From Hypanus sabinus (taxonomy: Eukaryota): 64,000 nucleotides of DNA. Made by a program: the position numbers and the translations under genes. The stretch spans positions 46,376,001 through 46,440,000 of the forward strand of contig NC_082725.1 of the NCBI RefSeq assembly GCF_030144855.1, written 5' to 3'. Positions 1 through 13,087 of the stretch are shown piece by piece. Within the stretch, counting starts at the first letter, position 1; each line of letters opens with the position of its first letter. The notes beneath the pieces were generated by a model. It did not search any database. It was not told where the DNA came from and worked only from the letters and a program-made list of their open reading frames with translations.

Positions 1-268
1 TGGTAAGTGAAACTACACTGTACATACATTATTTCTACTTTATATAGTTGTGTATTTATCATATGATTCCTGCTTTTACTATATGCTAGTGTTATTTTAG
101 ATTTTATGTGCTATTTGGTATGATTTGGTAGGTTATCTTTTGGGTCTGGGAATGCTCAAAAAAATTTTCCCATATAAATTAATGGTAATTGTTTCTTCAC
201 TTTACACCATTTTGGCTTACAAAAAGTTTCATAGGAATGCTCTACCTTCGGATAGCGGGGGAAACCTG
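1..268. mobile_element. Right end of a Tigger-family (Tc1/mariner) non-autonomous DNA element, cut by the window edge
   Basis: Ends ...TTCGGATAGCGGGGGAAACCTG followed by TA (269-270). The terminus resembles Tigger-type terminal inverted repeats (TIRs); MER82-like from memory, not verified. Confidence 0.6.
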
Positions 269-1132
269 TATATAATGAGAAAAACTGAAAATAAATCACT
301 GTGGATTCACAAATAAGAGTTTATCAGGTTATAACTGCCCTCTATCTGACCTCTATTTACAAGACAAGTATATATCTGTTTTAAACAATCCTGTTTCAGA
401 TCTATTTGAAAATCTCAAGTCAATGGAGATGGAAAATTAAGTCTTATTCATAGAAAGCAATTCAAAATGTTTTATAATCAAATAAATCACACATATTACT
501 TGATGAACAGCACACAAGAATTTTGTTCTCTACTTTAGAAAATAAGCAACCTTTTAAATCTTATGAAGTAGATTACACATATCACACTTGATTTAAAAGA
601 TCTACCTCTAGCTATTATGCATACAAAGCTCTAGACCTAATGCTAAACACTGCATACATCTTGAAGATGCATCAGGACTTGTGCTTGCCGACAAAGAGGA
701 CAATGCACACATGGAACACCTGCCATCTGGGACAACAAATTGAGATCTGAATGTAGTCTGAAAAACCCTGAATTATAATGTTTTCAGTTAAAAGGTAGCT
801 TAAGGACTTGGAATTGTTAATGACTTAAAATTTCATTGTGTCGTTTGATACATTTTGAATTATGGAATTACTCAAAACAATAAAGCACAAGTAGTCATGT
901 AGCCCATTTCTTTCATTTCTAGTTTACCATTACTCAAATTTGGCTTTCCATATAAGAGTTGGAATGCCTTTGTGTAAAACTTTTTAAAATATGCTTGCAA
1001 AGGTAGTTAATACATGGAAGGCTTCTCGTATAAACTTTGATACAACTTTAAAAAAAAATAAACTGAACACGTCTGAGGAAGACTTCAAAATACAAACGAG
1101 TGATTGATTCCTGCTTTGTGTTACTCACTCAC

Positions 1133-1216
1133 ATTTTCTGCAGTAATTAGTTTTGCAAGCTCGTCTTTGTTCTTGATCATCAAATCATACCATTTTCTTA
1201 ACAGATTGCTTCGCTC
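1133..1216 (-). CDS. ALDH5A1: Succinate-semialdehyde dehydrogenase, coding exon 2
   Basis: ttttcag|[28 protein letters not shown]|gtgagt; 84 nt, phase 0/0. Matches the SSADH segment [28 protein letters not shown] and follows exon 1 in frame. Confidence 0.95.
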
Positions 1217-2242
1217 CTGAAAATATAAATATCAAAGAAAAATCAAGTGAATGGTGAATAGAGTTTATGCAGAGAAAATAAAACCACATATTCTAATAGT
1301 TACAATTCTGGCTATGAAATCCACATTCTTTTTTTTGGAATAATAACATTAGCATGATCAAGTTTTTAGGTAAGCCTGCAATATCACTGGCATGCTTTCT
1401 ACAGATTTGATCCTCTGGCTCAATAGTGGCCGAATAAGAGTAATGGAATCCCATGGGTTGATGGAATACAATTCTGCTGCTGTTAATGGATGACAAGTGT
1501 TGAGGTGCTAGATCTTTTCAGCATGTAACTCATTTGGCATATTTGGTGTGAAGATGGGCTGTAGTTAGGTCTTTTATATAAACAGGCAAGCATTTCTGCA
1601 AAAATGGAACTTTTAAATACAGTATCTAGTAGATTTTCCCCTCAAGTTGGTTATTTCACCACCTGCCACAGACCAAGTCTACTACTTCAAGTTTATTGTC
1701 ATTCAATCATATACATGTATATCACAAAATGAAACAATGTTCCTCAGGACTAAGGTGCACAACACAGTGCATATAACTCACACACAACACACAGTAATAT
1801 TACCAGAAATAAATTACATATTATAAAGTATATTCCAGAAGATGGATATTTAGCAAAAGGGGCATTTACGACACAAGTAAAAAGTAAGCAGTACAACGCT
1901 GCCGGCACTTCATTCATGACAAGACCTTGCTGGTGGCAGGGTGTTCAGTAGTCTCATGGCCTGGTTTGGGGCGGGTGGGGGGAGAAGATGTTTCTCAAAC
2001 TAACAGTCCTCATCCTAATGGTCTTCAGAACCCTTGGTGATGAAAATATTCCCTCTAAAGTATACTCTTTATGGTTACTGCTCTGATCACTTTTACTAGG
2101 TGGTGGTCAAGATAGCTGGAGTACTAATTCATCAACTGAGTTATAACTATTGGTAGTAACGGAGAAATCCTTGCCCGTATTTCAATCATTACACAGTGCT
2201 GAAGTTTCCTAGGGCCAATGTGTAAAGCCTCTAGTGGGCTTT

Positions 2243-5200
2243 ATAGAAACATAGAAAATAGGCGCAGGAGTAGGTCATTCGGCCCTTCGAGCCTGCACCA
2301 CCATTCAGTACGATCATGGTTGATCATCCAACTCAGAACCTTGTATCTGTTTTCTCTCCATACCCCTGATCCCTTTAGCCATAAGGGCCATATCTAACTT
2401 CCTCTTAAATATAGCCAATGAACCGGCCTCAACTGTTTCCTGTGGCAGAGAATTCCACAGATTCACCACTCTCTGTGTGAAGAAGTTTTTCCTCATCTCG
2501 GTCCTAAAAGACTTCCCCTTTATCCTTAACCTGTGACCCCTTGATCTGGACTTCCCCAACATCGGGAACACTCTTCCTGTATCTAGCCTGTCCAATCCCT
2601 TTAGAATTTTATATGTTTCAATAAGATCCCCCCTCAATCTTCTAAATTCCAGCGAGTATCAGCCTAGTTGATCCAGTCTTTCTTCATATGAAAGTCCTGC
2701 CATCCCAGGAATCAATCTGGTGAACCTTCTTTGTACTCCCTCTATGGCAAGAATGTCTTTCCTCAGATTAGGGGACCAAAACTGCACACAATATGCCAGG
2801 TGTGGTCTCACCAAGGCCTTGTACAACTGCAGTAGAACCTCCCTGCTCCTGTACTTGAATCCTCTTGCTATGAATGCCAACATACCATTCACCTTTTTCA
2901 CCGCCTGCTGTACCTGCATGCCCACTTTCAATGACTGGTGCACAATGACACCCAGATCTCGTTGCACCTTCCCTTTTCCTAATCAGCTACCGTTCAGATA
3001 ATAGTCTGTTTTCCTGTTCTTGCAACCAAAGTGGATAAACTCACATTTATCCACATTAAATTGCATATGCCATGAAATTGTCCACCCACCTAACCTATCC
3101 AAGTCACCCTGCATCCTCTTAGCATCCTCCTCACAGGTAACACTGCCGCCCAGCTTCATGTCATCTGCAAACTTGGAGATGCTGCATTTAATTCCCTTGT
3201 CTAAATCATTAATATATATTGTAAACAACTGGGATCCCAGCACTGAACCTTGCAGTACCCCACTAGTCACTGCCTGCCATTCTGAAAAGGTCCCATTTAT
3301 TCCCACTCTTTACTTCCTGCTTGCCAACCAATTCTCTATCCACATCAATACCATACCCCCAATACCGTGTGCTTTAAGTTTGCACACTAATCTCCTGTGT
3401 GGGACCTTGTCAAAAGCCTTTTGAAAATTCAAATATACCACATCCACTGGTTCTCCCCTATCCACTCTACTAGTTACATCTTCAAAAAATTCTGTAAGAT
3501 TTGTCAGACATGATTTTCCTTTCACAAATCCATGCTGACTTTGTCTGATGATTTCACCACTTTCCAAATGTGCTGTTATCACATCTTTGATAACCGACTC
3601 TAGCATTTTCCCCACCACCGATGGCAGGCTAACCGGTCTAGAATTCCCTGGTTTTTCTCTCCCTCCTTTTTTAAAAAGTGGGGTTACATTAGCCACCCTC
3701 CAATCCTCAGGAACTAATCCAGAATCTAAAGAGTTTTGAAAAATTATCACTAATGCTACTTCCTTAAGCACTCTGGGATGCAGACCATCTGGTCCTGGGG
3801 ATTTATCTGCCTTTAATCCCTTCAATTTACCTAACACCACTTCCCTACTAACATGTATTTCCCTCAGTTCCTCCATCTCACTAGACCCTCGGTCCCCTAC
3901 TATTTCCAGAAGATTAGTTATGTCCTCCTTAGTGAAGACAAAACCAAAGTAGTTATTCAATTGGTCTGCCATGTCCTTGTTCCCCATGATCAATTCACCT
4001 GTTTCTGACTGTAAAGGACCTACATTTGTCTTGACCAATCTTTTTCTTTTCACATATCTATAAAAGCTTTTACCGTCAGATTTTATGTTCCCTGCCAGCT
4101 TTCTCTCATAACCTTTTTTCCCTTTCCTAATTAAGCCCTTTGTCCTCCTCTGCTGGTCTCTGAATTTCTCCCAGTCCTCAGGTGTCCCACTTTTTCTGGC
4201 TAATTTGTATGTTTCTTCTTTGGTCTTGATACTATCCCTAATTTCCCTTGTCAGCCACGGGTGCACTACCTTCCCTGGTTTATTCTTTTGACAAACTGGG
4301 ATGAACAAATGTTGTAGTTCATCCATGCAATCTTTAAATGCTTGCCATTGCATATCCATTGTCAACCCTTTAAGTAACATTTGCCAGTCTATCTTAGCTA
4401 ATTTACGTCTCATACCTTCAAAGTTGCCCTTCTTTAAGTTCAGAACCTTTGTTTCTGAATTAACTATGTCACTCTCCATCTTAATGAAGAATTCCACCAT
4501 ATTATGGTCACTCTTACCCAAGGGGCCTCGCACGACGAGATTGCTAACTAACACTTCCTCATTGCTCAATACCCAATCTAGAATGGCCTGCTCTCTAGTT
4601 GGTTCCTTGACATGCTGGTTCAGAAAACCATCCCGCATACATTCCAAGAAATCCTCTTCCTCAGCACCCTTACCAACTGGTTCACCCAATTTATATGTAG
4701 ATTGAAGTCACCCATTATAACTACTGTTCCTTTATTGCACGCATTTCTAATTTCCTGTTTAATGCCATCTCCAACCTCACTACTACTGTTAGGTGGCCTG
4801 TACATAACTCCCACCAGCGTTTTCTGCCCCTTAGTGTTATGCAGCTCTACCCATATCGATTCCACATCCTCCAGGCTAATGTCCTTCCTTTCTATTGTGT
4901 TAATCTGCTCTCTAACAAACAACGCTACCCCACCTCCTTTTCTTTCCTGTCTATCTCTCCTGAATATCGAATATCCCTGGATGTTGAGCTCCCATTCTTG
5001 GTCACCCTGGAGCCATGTCTCTGTGATCCCAACTATATCATATTCATTAATAACTATCTGCACATTCAATTCATCCACCTTGTTACGAATGCTCCTCGCA
5101 TTGACACACAAAGCCTTCAGGCTTGTTTTTACAACACTCTTAGCCCTTATACAATTATGTTGAAAAGTGGCCCTTTTTGATTTTTGCCCTGGATTTGCCT

Positions 5201-6400
5201 GCCTGCCAGCCACTTTTACTTTTCACCTTTTTGCTTCTACCCTCATTTTACACCCCTCTGTCTCTCTGCACTTGTTCCCACCCCCCTGCCACATTAGTTT
5301 AAATCCTCCTGAACAGCAGTAGCAAACACTCCCCCTAGGACATTGGTTCCAGTCCAGCCCAGGTGCAGACCGTTCTGTTTATACCGGTCCCACCTCCCCC
5401 AGGACTGGTTCCAATGCCCCAGAAATTTGATATCCTCCTATTTCTACTCTGACTAGCACATGGCACTAGTAGTAATCCAGAGATTATTACCTTTGTGGTT
5501 CTACTTTTTAGTTTATCTCCTAACTCCCTAAATTCACCTTGTAGGACCTCATCTCATTTTTTACCTATATCATTGGTACCTATGTGCCATGACCACTGGC
5601 TATTCACCCTCCCATTCCAGAATGTCCTGCCCCTGCTCAGAGACATCTTTGACCCTTGCACCAGGGAGGCAACATACCAACCTGCAGTCTCAGTTGCAGC
5701 CGCAGAAACGCCTATCTATTGCCCTTACAATTGAATCCCCTATCACTAGAGCTCTCCCACTCCTTTTCCTTCCCTCCTGTGCCGCAGAGCCACCCTGGTG
5801 CAATGAACTCGCTGCTGCTACCTTCCCCTGATGAGACATCTCCCCCAACAGTATCCAAAACAGTATATCTGTTTAGGAGGGAGAGGACCTCAGGGGACTC
5901 CTGCACTACCTGTCTACTGCTACGCTGTCTCGTGGCCACCCCTTCCCTTTCTACCTGCGGTGTAGCCAACTCACTGAATGTGCTATTCACGACTTTCTCA
6001 GCATTGCGGATGCTCCAGTATGAATCCAATCGCAGCTCCAGATGCTCAATGCGGTCTGCCAGAAGCTGCAGCTGGACACACTTCCTGCACACAGTCGTCA
6101 GGGACACTGGAAGTATCCCTGATTTCCCACATACTGCAGGATGAACAAACCACAGGGCCGATCTCAGCTGCCACGACCTACCCAATATGTTGCCTCAACT
6201 TTTGAAACGTTCTCCTTTGGAGTGAAGCTCGTCCTCAGCCTCTGCTCGCTGAAGCCTCTCGAGACAAAGCCTTCCTACTCTGTCTCCCACTACTCTGTCG
6301 CCCGCTCCGGCAAACTGCTCTCTTTAAATACTCCCCCTGCCTCACGGTCTGACTAACACGCGTTTGCGCAGTCGTGCCCCCGTTAAACTGTCGAAGAAGA
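2243..6400 (-). mobile_element. Near full-length CR1 LINE (5'UTR, ORF1 zinc-finger/coiled-coil/esterase, ORF2 APE endonuclease + RT) with a few stops and frameshifts
   Basis: ORF pieces 5712-6185 (CRKCVQLQLL), 4620-5213 (NARSIRNK..ITETWL..MGDFN), 3310-4689, 2983-3306 (QGSVLG..SKFADD), 2659-2967 and 2314-2637. TTCTATGTTTCTAT-type tail at 2243-2260. Confidence 0.95.
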
Positions 6401-6769
6401 AAAAAATGACAAGATATGCCAGGGAACTTGTTGGATCAGAGTGGAAGGCTGGATGAAAGATCAGATTCAATGACGATATCAATGTCAAGCTGTGGTGATT
6501 ACCTCACGATTGAGGTCAGCTGGACTAGGTGTGCATTTGCAACATCCAAACCATGTCCCAGGCTGAAATCAGCTGGTCTACCCAGTTTTATTTCTTTATG
6601 AGAAACACTAACGACTTGATTCAATATTTCAAAGGCAGTGCCAAGTTTGACTCCCTTTGAGAATGAACTGCTTATTGAATGTTCAGCCCACCATTTCATG
6701 CTGATTATGAAGTACCTTCTAAACTTTTTTTTCTCCATTGTTTAATAGTACATAGCTAGTGTGTTGAGA

Positions 6770-7345
6770 ATGGATCCAGGGTTAGTGGCATGTCCTTTGC
6801 ATGAGATGTGGCAACTCTAGGCTCTCTGACAAATATATCTGCATGAAGTGCATCGAGCTGTAGCTCCTTAGAGACTGTGTTAAGGGACAGGAGCTGCACC
6901 TGGATGACCTTCGGCTCATATGGGAGAATGAGGAGGCGACAGGTAGTTACAGGGAGGTAGTCACCTCTAAGTTGCAGGAGACAGGTACCTGGGTGGCTGT
7001 CAGGAGAAGGAAAGGGGCCAGTTCAGAGTACCCCTGTCGATGTTCCCCTCAATAATAAGTGTACCACTCTGGATACTGGCGGCAGGGGGGGGGGCGGATG
7101 CGTTGCAAGAGAAATGATCTACCGGGGAAGTTGGTGGGGTGGGGAAGAAGAGAAATGCAACAGTGACAGGGGATTCAGTTGTTACAAGGGATTCTGTGGG
7201 CATGAAAGAAACAACGGATGGCATGTTGTCTCCCAGATGCAATGATCACACAGCAGATGACCAGATCCACAGCATTCTAAAGGGGGAGGGTGAACAGTCA
7301 GAAGGCGTGGTACATATTGGTGCCAACAACAATGAAAAGAACTAA
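6770..7345 (+). mobile_element. Degenerate CR1 ORF1 fragment
   Basis: Esterase-like VTGDSVV and VVHIGANN motifs, preceded by a CxxC/coiled-coil-like segment. Confidence 0.75.
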
Positions 7346-7593
7346 GAACTTTGCTAATTGCTCTTTTTCCAGCAAACAATCATCGCAAGCAGTAGTGTGC
7401 AACTTCCCACTGGACTTGGGGTCAGGGTCCAGGTCCCAGAGCGCATCGATGTGACTAAACCTGATGCTTGGATGACAATTTGGGCTCCGGGCCAGATTGA
7501 AAGGGTCAGGGTGTTGGGACCAGAGGCGAGGGTCGGGCCAGTCCAGCTCACTGCTCTGCTCTGCTCTGTACTGAACTCTGGACAGACTCTGTT

Positions 7594-8215
7594 TGAGGAG
7601 CTCAGCAGGCCAGGCAGCATCTATGGAAAAGAGTACAGTTGACATTTCGGGCCAAAACCCTTCGGCAGGATTGGAGGAAAAAGCTGAGGAGTAGATTTAA
7701 AAGGTGGGGGGAGGGGTAGGGAGAGAGAAACACTAGATGATAGATAAAGCCTGCAGGGAGAGGAGTGAAGTAAAGAGCTGGGAAGTTGATTGGTGAAAGA
7801 GATACATGGTTGGAAAAGGGAGAGTCTGATAGAAGAGGATGGTGGGCCACAGAAGAAAGAAAAGGGGGAGGAACACCAGAGGGAGGTGATAGGCGGGCAA
7901 GGAGATACGGTGAGAGAGGGAAAATGGGATGGCAAATGGTGAAGGGGGGTAGGAAGAGCATCACTGGAAGTTCCAGAAATCAATGTTCATACCATCAGGG
8001 TGGAGGCTACCCAGAGGTGGTGTTCTTCCAACCTGAGAGTGGCCTCGTTACGACAGTGGAGGAGGCCATGGATAGACATACAGGAATGGGAATGGGAAGT
8101 GGAATTAAAATGGGTGGTCACTGAGAGATTCCACTTTATCCAGCAGACGAGCGTAGGTGATCAGCGAAGCGGTCTCCCAATCTACATCGTGTCTCACTGT
8201 TATACAGGAGGCCAC
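7594..8215 (-). mobile_element. Penelope-like element 3' end: GIY-YIG endonuclease C-terminus + pseudo-LTR with a hammerhead motif
   Basis: Minus strand reads GLLYNSETRCRLGDRFADHLRS...THFNSTSHSHSCMSIHGLLHCRNEATLRLEEHH, then a pyrimidine-rich UTR and CTGCCGA-AGGGTTTTGGCCC-GAAATGTC. Confidence 0.85.
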
Positions 8216-8219
8216 ATTG

Positions 8220-10886
8220 GGAACTATGATGTTGTGGCCATTACAGAGACTTGGAAGACTCGGGCAGGAATGGCTGCTGAGCGAGTGTGCTGGCCTTTAG
8301 ATGTTTTAAAAAGGAAAGGGAGGGAGGCAAAAGAGGTGGGGCAGTGGCACTACTAATCAGGGGTAGTATCACAGCTGCAGAAAAGGAGGAAGTCATGGAG
8401 GGATTGCCCACTGAGTCAGTGTGGGTGGAAGTCAGAAACAGGAAAGGGGGCCCTCCAAATAGTAACAGGGACATCAAAGAGCAGATAGGGAGGCAGATTC
8501 TGGAACAGTGCAATAATAAAAGGGTTGTTGTGATGGGTGATTTTAACTTTCCTAAAATTGACTGACATCTCCTTAGGGCAAGGAGTTTGGATTGGGTGGA
8601 GTTTGTTACGCATGTTCAGTTTGGTTTCCTGATGCAATATATCGATTAGCCAACTAGAGGAGAGGCTGTACTTGATCTGGTATTGGGTAGTGAACCTGGT
8701 CAGGTGTCAGATCTCTCGGTGGGAGAGCATTTTGGAGGTAGTGATCACAACTCTATCTCCTTTACCACAGCACTGGAGTGGGGGTAGGGGCAGACAATTT
8801 GGGAAAAACATTTAATTGGGGTAGAGGAAAATATGATGCCATTAGGCAGGAAGTGGGGAACATTTGCATGGCATTCTGCATAGGATGTATGTACCATTGA
8901 GGCAGGGAAAGGAATGTAAGGTAAAAGAACCATGGTGTACAAATGATGTAGAAAATTTAGTTAAGAAGAAAAGCTTATGAAAGGTTCAAGAAACTAAGTA
9001 CTGTTGGAGCTCTAGAAAATTATAAAAGTGCCAGGAAGGAGCTCAAGAATAAAATTAGGAGGGCTACAAGGGTCCATGAGAAGGCCTTGGCGAGCAGCAC
9101 TGAGGTAAACCCCAAGGCATTTTACAAGTATGTGAAGAGCAAGAGGACGAGCCATGTGAGAATAGGACAAATTGTGAGTGAGAACGAAAAAGTGCATAGA
9201 GCTGGAGGAGGTAGTACTTAATGAATACTTTGCTTTAGTATTCACCAGTGAAAAGGGCTTTAGTAATTGCAGGGATAACATACAGTGGACTGAAATGCTT
9301 GAGTGTACAGACATTAAGAAAGGGGACGTGCTGAAGGTTTTGAAAGGTATTAAGTTAGATAAGTCACCAGGACTGGACTACTGTGGGAAGCGAGGGAGGA
9401 GATTGCTGAGCCTTTGGCGATAATCTTTGCATCATTAATAGGGGCAGAAGATGTACCAGAGGATTGGAAGGTTGCAAATGTTGTTCCCTTGTTCAAGAAA
9501 GGGAGTAGAGATAACCGAGGAAATTATAGGCCAGTGAGTTTTACTTCAGTGGTGGGCAAGTTGTTGGAGAAGATCCTGAGAGGCAGGATTTATGAGCATT
9601 TGGAGAGGCATAAGCTGATCAGGGATCATCAGCATGGCTTTGTCAAGAGCAGGTTATGTCTTACGAATCTGATTGAATCCTTTGAGGATGTAACAAAACG
9701 CATTGATGAAGGTAAAGCAGTTGATGTAGTGTATATGGATTTGTTAGGTATTTGATAAGGTTCCCCATGCAAGGTTCATTCAGAAAGTAATGAGGCATGG
9801 GATCCAAGGAGACCTTGTTTTGTGGATCCAGAATTGGCTTGGCCATGGAAGGCAAAGGCTGGTTGTGGACAGTTTGTATACTGCATGGAGAATGGTGACC
9901 AGCGGTGTTCCGCAGGGATCTGCTCTGGGGTCCCTCCTCTCTTATAAAAATCACAATGATCTGGATGAAGAAGTAGTAAGTTTGCTGATGACACAAAGGT
10001 TGGAGGTGTTGTGGATAGTCTGGAGGGCTGTCAGAGGTTACAGGGGGACATCGATAGGATGCAGAACTGGGCTGAGAAGTGGCAGATGGAGTTCAATCCA
10101 GATAAGTGTGAAGTGAAGTGGTTCATTTCAGTAGGTCAAATTTGAAGACAGAAAATAATATTAATGATAAGACTCTTGACAGTGTGAGGGATCAGTGAGA
10201 TCTTGGGTTCCATGTCTATTGGATACTCAAAGCTGCTACACAGGTTGACAGTGTTATTAAGAAGGTGAATGGTGTGACAGCCTTCATCAACCATGGAACT
10301 GAGTTCAAGAGCCGTGAGGTAATGTTACAGATATGCAAGACCTTAGTTAGACCCCACTTGGAGTACTGTATTCAGTTCTGGTCACCTCATTACAGGAAGG
10401 ATGTGGATACTATAGAAAGAGTCAGAGGAGATTTGGCAGGGTGTTACTTGGATTGGAGCGCAAGCCTTACGAGAATAGGTCAAGTGAACTTGGCCTTTTC
10501 TCCTTGGAGTGATGGAGGATGAGAGGTGACCTGACAGAAATGTATAAGATGATGAGAGACACTAATTGTGTGGATAGCCAGAGGCTTTTTCCCAGGGCTG
10601 AGATGGCTAACATGAGGGAGCATAGTTTTAAGGTGTTGGAAGTATGTATAATGGGGATGTCAGAAGTAAATTTCCCACACATAGTGGTGGGTGTGTGGAA
10701 TGCACTGCCAGTGAAAGTGGTAGAGATGGATACAATAGGGTCTTTTAAGAGACTCTTAGAAAGGTACATGGAGTTTAGAAAAATAGAGGGCTATGCAGTA
10801 GAGAAATTCTAGACAGCTTCTGGAGTAGGTTACATGGTTGGCACAAAATTGTGGGCTGAAGTGCCTGTAATGTGCTCTATGTTTCA
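8220..10886 (+). mobile_element. Degenerate 5'-truncated CR1 ORF2 with 3' tail
   Basis: VVVMGDFNFP; VPEDWKVANVVPLFKKG..NYRPVS; GVPQGSALG; LVRPHLEYCIQFWSP; tail TGTGCTCTATGTTTC. Confidence 0.9.
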
Positions 10887-11850
10887 CCAGACACAGTACA
10901 TGGCCCCAACGGACTCACAGGTGAAGTGTTACCTCACCTGGAAGGACTGTTTAGGGCCCTGAATGGTAGTGGGGGGGGGGGGGGATGGTGGTGGTGTTGG
11001 GGCAGGTATAGCACTTGTTCCACCTGCAAGGATAAGTGCCAGGAGGGAGATCAGAGGGGAGGGACGAATGGACAAGGGAATCGCATAGGAAACAATCCCT
11101 GTGGAGGGCAGCAAGTGAGGAGGAGGGAAAGATGTGCTCAGTGGTGGGGTCCCATTGGAGATGGCTGGATATGGAGACTGGTGGGGTGGTAGGTGAGGAC
11201 AAGAGGAGCCCTATCCCTGGTAAGGTGGCAGCAGAATGCGGTGAGAGCAGGCGTGCGTGAAATGGAAGAAATGTGACCGAGGGCGGTGTTGATGGTGGAA
11301 GAAGGGAAGCCCCTTTCCTTGAAGGAGGATATCCTGGCAGCAGATGCAGCGGAGACAGAGGAGTTGAGAAAAGGGAGGTGAGAAATGGACCAGGTGAATT
11401 TGAAGGCAGGATGGAAGTTGGAGGCAAGGTAGATGAAGTCAACAAATTCTGCATGGGTGCAGGAAGCAGCACCAATGCAGTTGTCGATGTAGTATAGGAA
11501 AAGTGTGGGATGATCACCAGCGTAGGCTTGCAACAGACTGTTCCTCGTAGCCAACAGGCAGGCAGGCAGCTGGGACCCATGTGAGTGCCCATGGCTACAT
11601 TTTTTCATTGAAGGAAATGGGAGGAGCCAAAGAAGAAATTATTTAGAGTGAGGACAAGTTCTGCTAGGCAGAGGAGAGTGGTGGTGGCAGGGAACTGACT
11701 GGGTCTGGTGTCCAGAAAAAAACTGAGAGCTTTGTTGCCCTCCTGGAGGGGGGTGGCGGTGTATAGGGTCTGGACATGCATATTAAAATAAGATGACAGG
11801 GGCCAGGGAACCTGAAAGAATTGAAAAGATCCGGAGTGTGTGAAGTTTTA
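10887..11850 (-). mobile_element. Penelope-like element fragment (RT core, Cys/His linker, start of GIY-YIG)
   Basis: MGTHMGPS; LFLYYIDNCIGAASCTHAEFVDFIYLASNFHPAFKFTWSIS; PPGTYPCRWNKCYTCP; QGPKQSFQVR. Confidence 0.9.
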
Positions 11851-11875
11851 AACTAATTGATTTATTTTATATTGT

Positions 11876-12180
11876 AGAATCATACAGCACAGAAACAGGC
11901 CCTTCCGCTCATCAGGCTTATACTAACCTTTAAGCATCCATTCACATGAACCCTCCACAATTTATTCTTCCAATTTTTTTAATCAACCTCCTGCACCCAC
12001 CCAAAGCTACACTAGAATTATCCTGCATGTCGCTGGGATCTGGGAGGAACCTGAAGCACCTGTAGCCAATATTGGCAGTCACAGGTCAACACTTAACAGG
12101 CACAGGGCTGGAGGTGAGGACTGCATCCAGCTCACTGAAGCCGTATTGCAACAGGTCCACTAGCAGGAGTTACCGTGCTG
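11876..12180 (-). mobile_element. Degenerate SINE with CR1-like tail
   Basis: Reverse CR1-type tail (gaatcatacagcacagaaacaggcccttc) plus a degraded V-domain-like segment shared with the other SINE copies in the window. Confidence 0.55.
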
Positions 12181-12182
12181 TA

Positions 12183-13087
12183 CAGTCGTCCCTCCTTAAT
12201 CCGCGAGGGATTGGTTCCCGGACCCCTCGTGGATACCAAAATTCGCGAATGCTCAAGTCCCTTATTCAATCTGTCTCAATACGGTGGACCTTAGGACCCA
12301 GCGGAACCCAAGAACTTATTTATCCTGTGTCGGTGCAGTGGACATTAGGACCCAGCGGCAGAGATCTGAATCCGCAGTGTTTCTGTTCACGAAAATAATC
12401 ACGATAACGAGTGAAAATAAAGTGAAAATAATAAAGCAATCGGAAAGAGGTGAAACGCCATCGGTCATTGGAAAAGCGTTAAGTTACGTTGGTCAACAAT
12501 CGGAACAATTTTAAAGGATAAAGTAAGAAAAGCTCTGCTCCGATGAAAACTCCAATTATTACTAAGCAACACAGTGGTTTAATTATTGGGTTTTGGGTTT
12601 TTGATCCTCCACATCAACCTGGCACGGTGGAGAGCGCACTCCGGAGCGGTCTGTCACTGGATCGAACTCAGGAACTTCTGTTCCCGAGCCTGGCGCTGAA
12701 ACATACATTCTTAAGTGTTTTATATATGCACAGAAAGGTAAAATACATACTATATACAAATGCAAACATTTGACTAACTGACGCTAAATAATACCAGATG
12801 TACCTGTTCTGACTTACTTAGTAAGACAACTTCCGATTTTTTGATTCCGATCCANNNNNNNNNNNNNNNNNNNNNNNNNNNNNNNNNNNNNNNNNNNNNN
12901 NNNNNNNNNNNNNNNNNNNNNNNNNNNNNNNNNNNNNNNNNNNNNNNNNNNNNNNNNNNNNNNNNNNNNNNNNNNNNNNNNNNNNNNNNNNNNNNNNNNN
13001 NNNNNNNNTGCTGGAAGAGCACTTCTAGGTTTTCGTGGCTGGGGTGAATTCGTGGATGCGAAATTCGCGGATAAGGAGGGCCGACTT
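12183..13087 (+). mobile_element. Tigger-family non-autonomous element with MER2-like ends and a transposase N-terminal HTH fragment; spans the assembly gap
   Basis: TA|CAGTCGTCCCTCCTTAATCCGCG...GCGGATAAGGAGGGCCGACT TIRs. Internal ITITSENKVKIIKQSERGETPSVIGKAL is a CENP-B/psq-type HTH. A paralog lies at 36187-36954. Confidence 0.85.
12855..13008. other. Assembly gap (154 N)
   Basis: Run of N. Confidence 1.

Noticed and set aside
3020-6144. Numerous + strand ORFs of 60-180 aa
   Set aside because: Antisense shadows of the CR1 ORFs; the same applies to most short ORFs over other LINE fragments.
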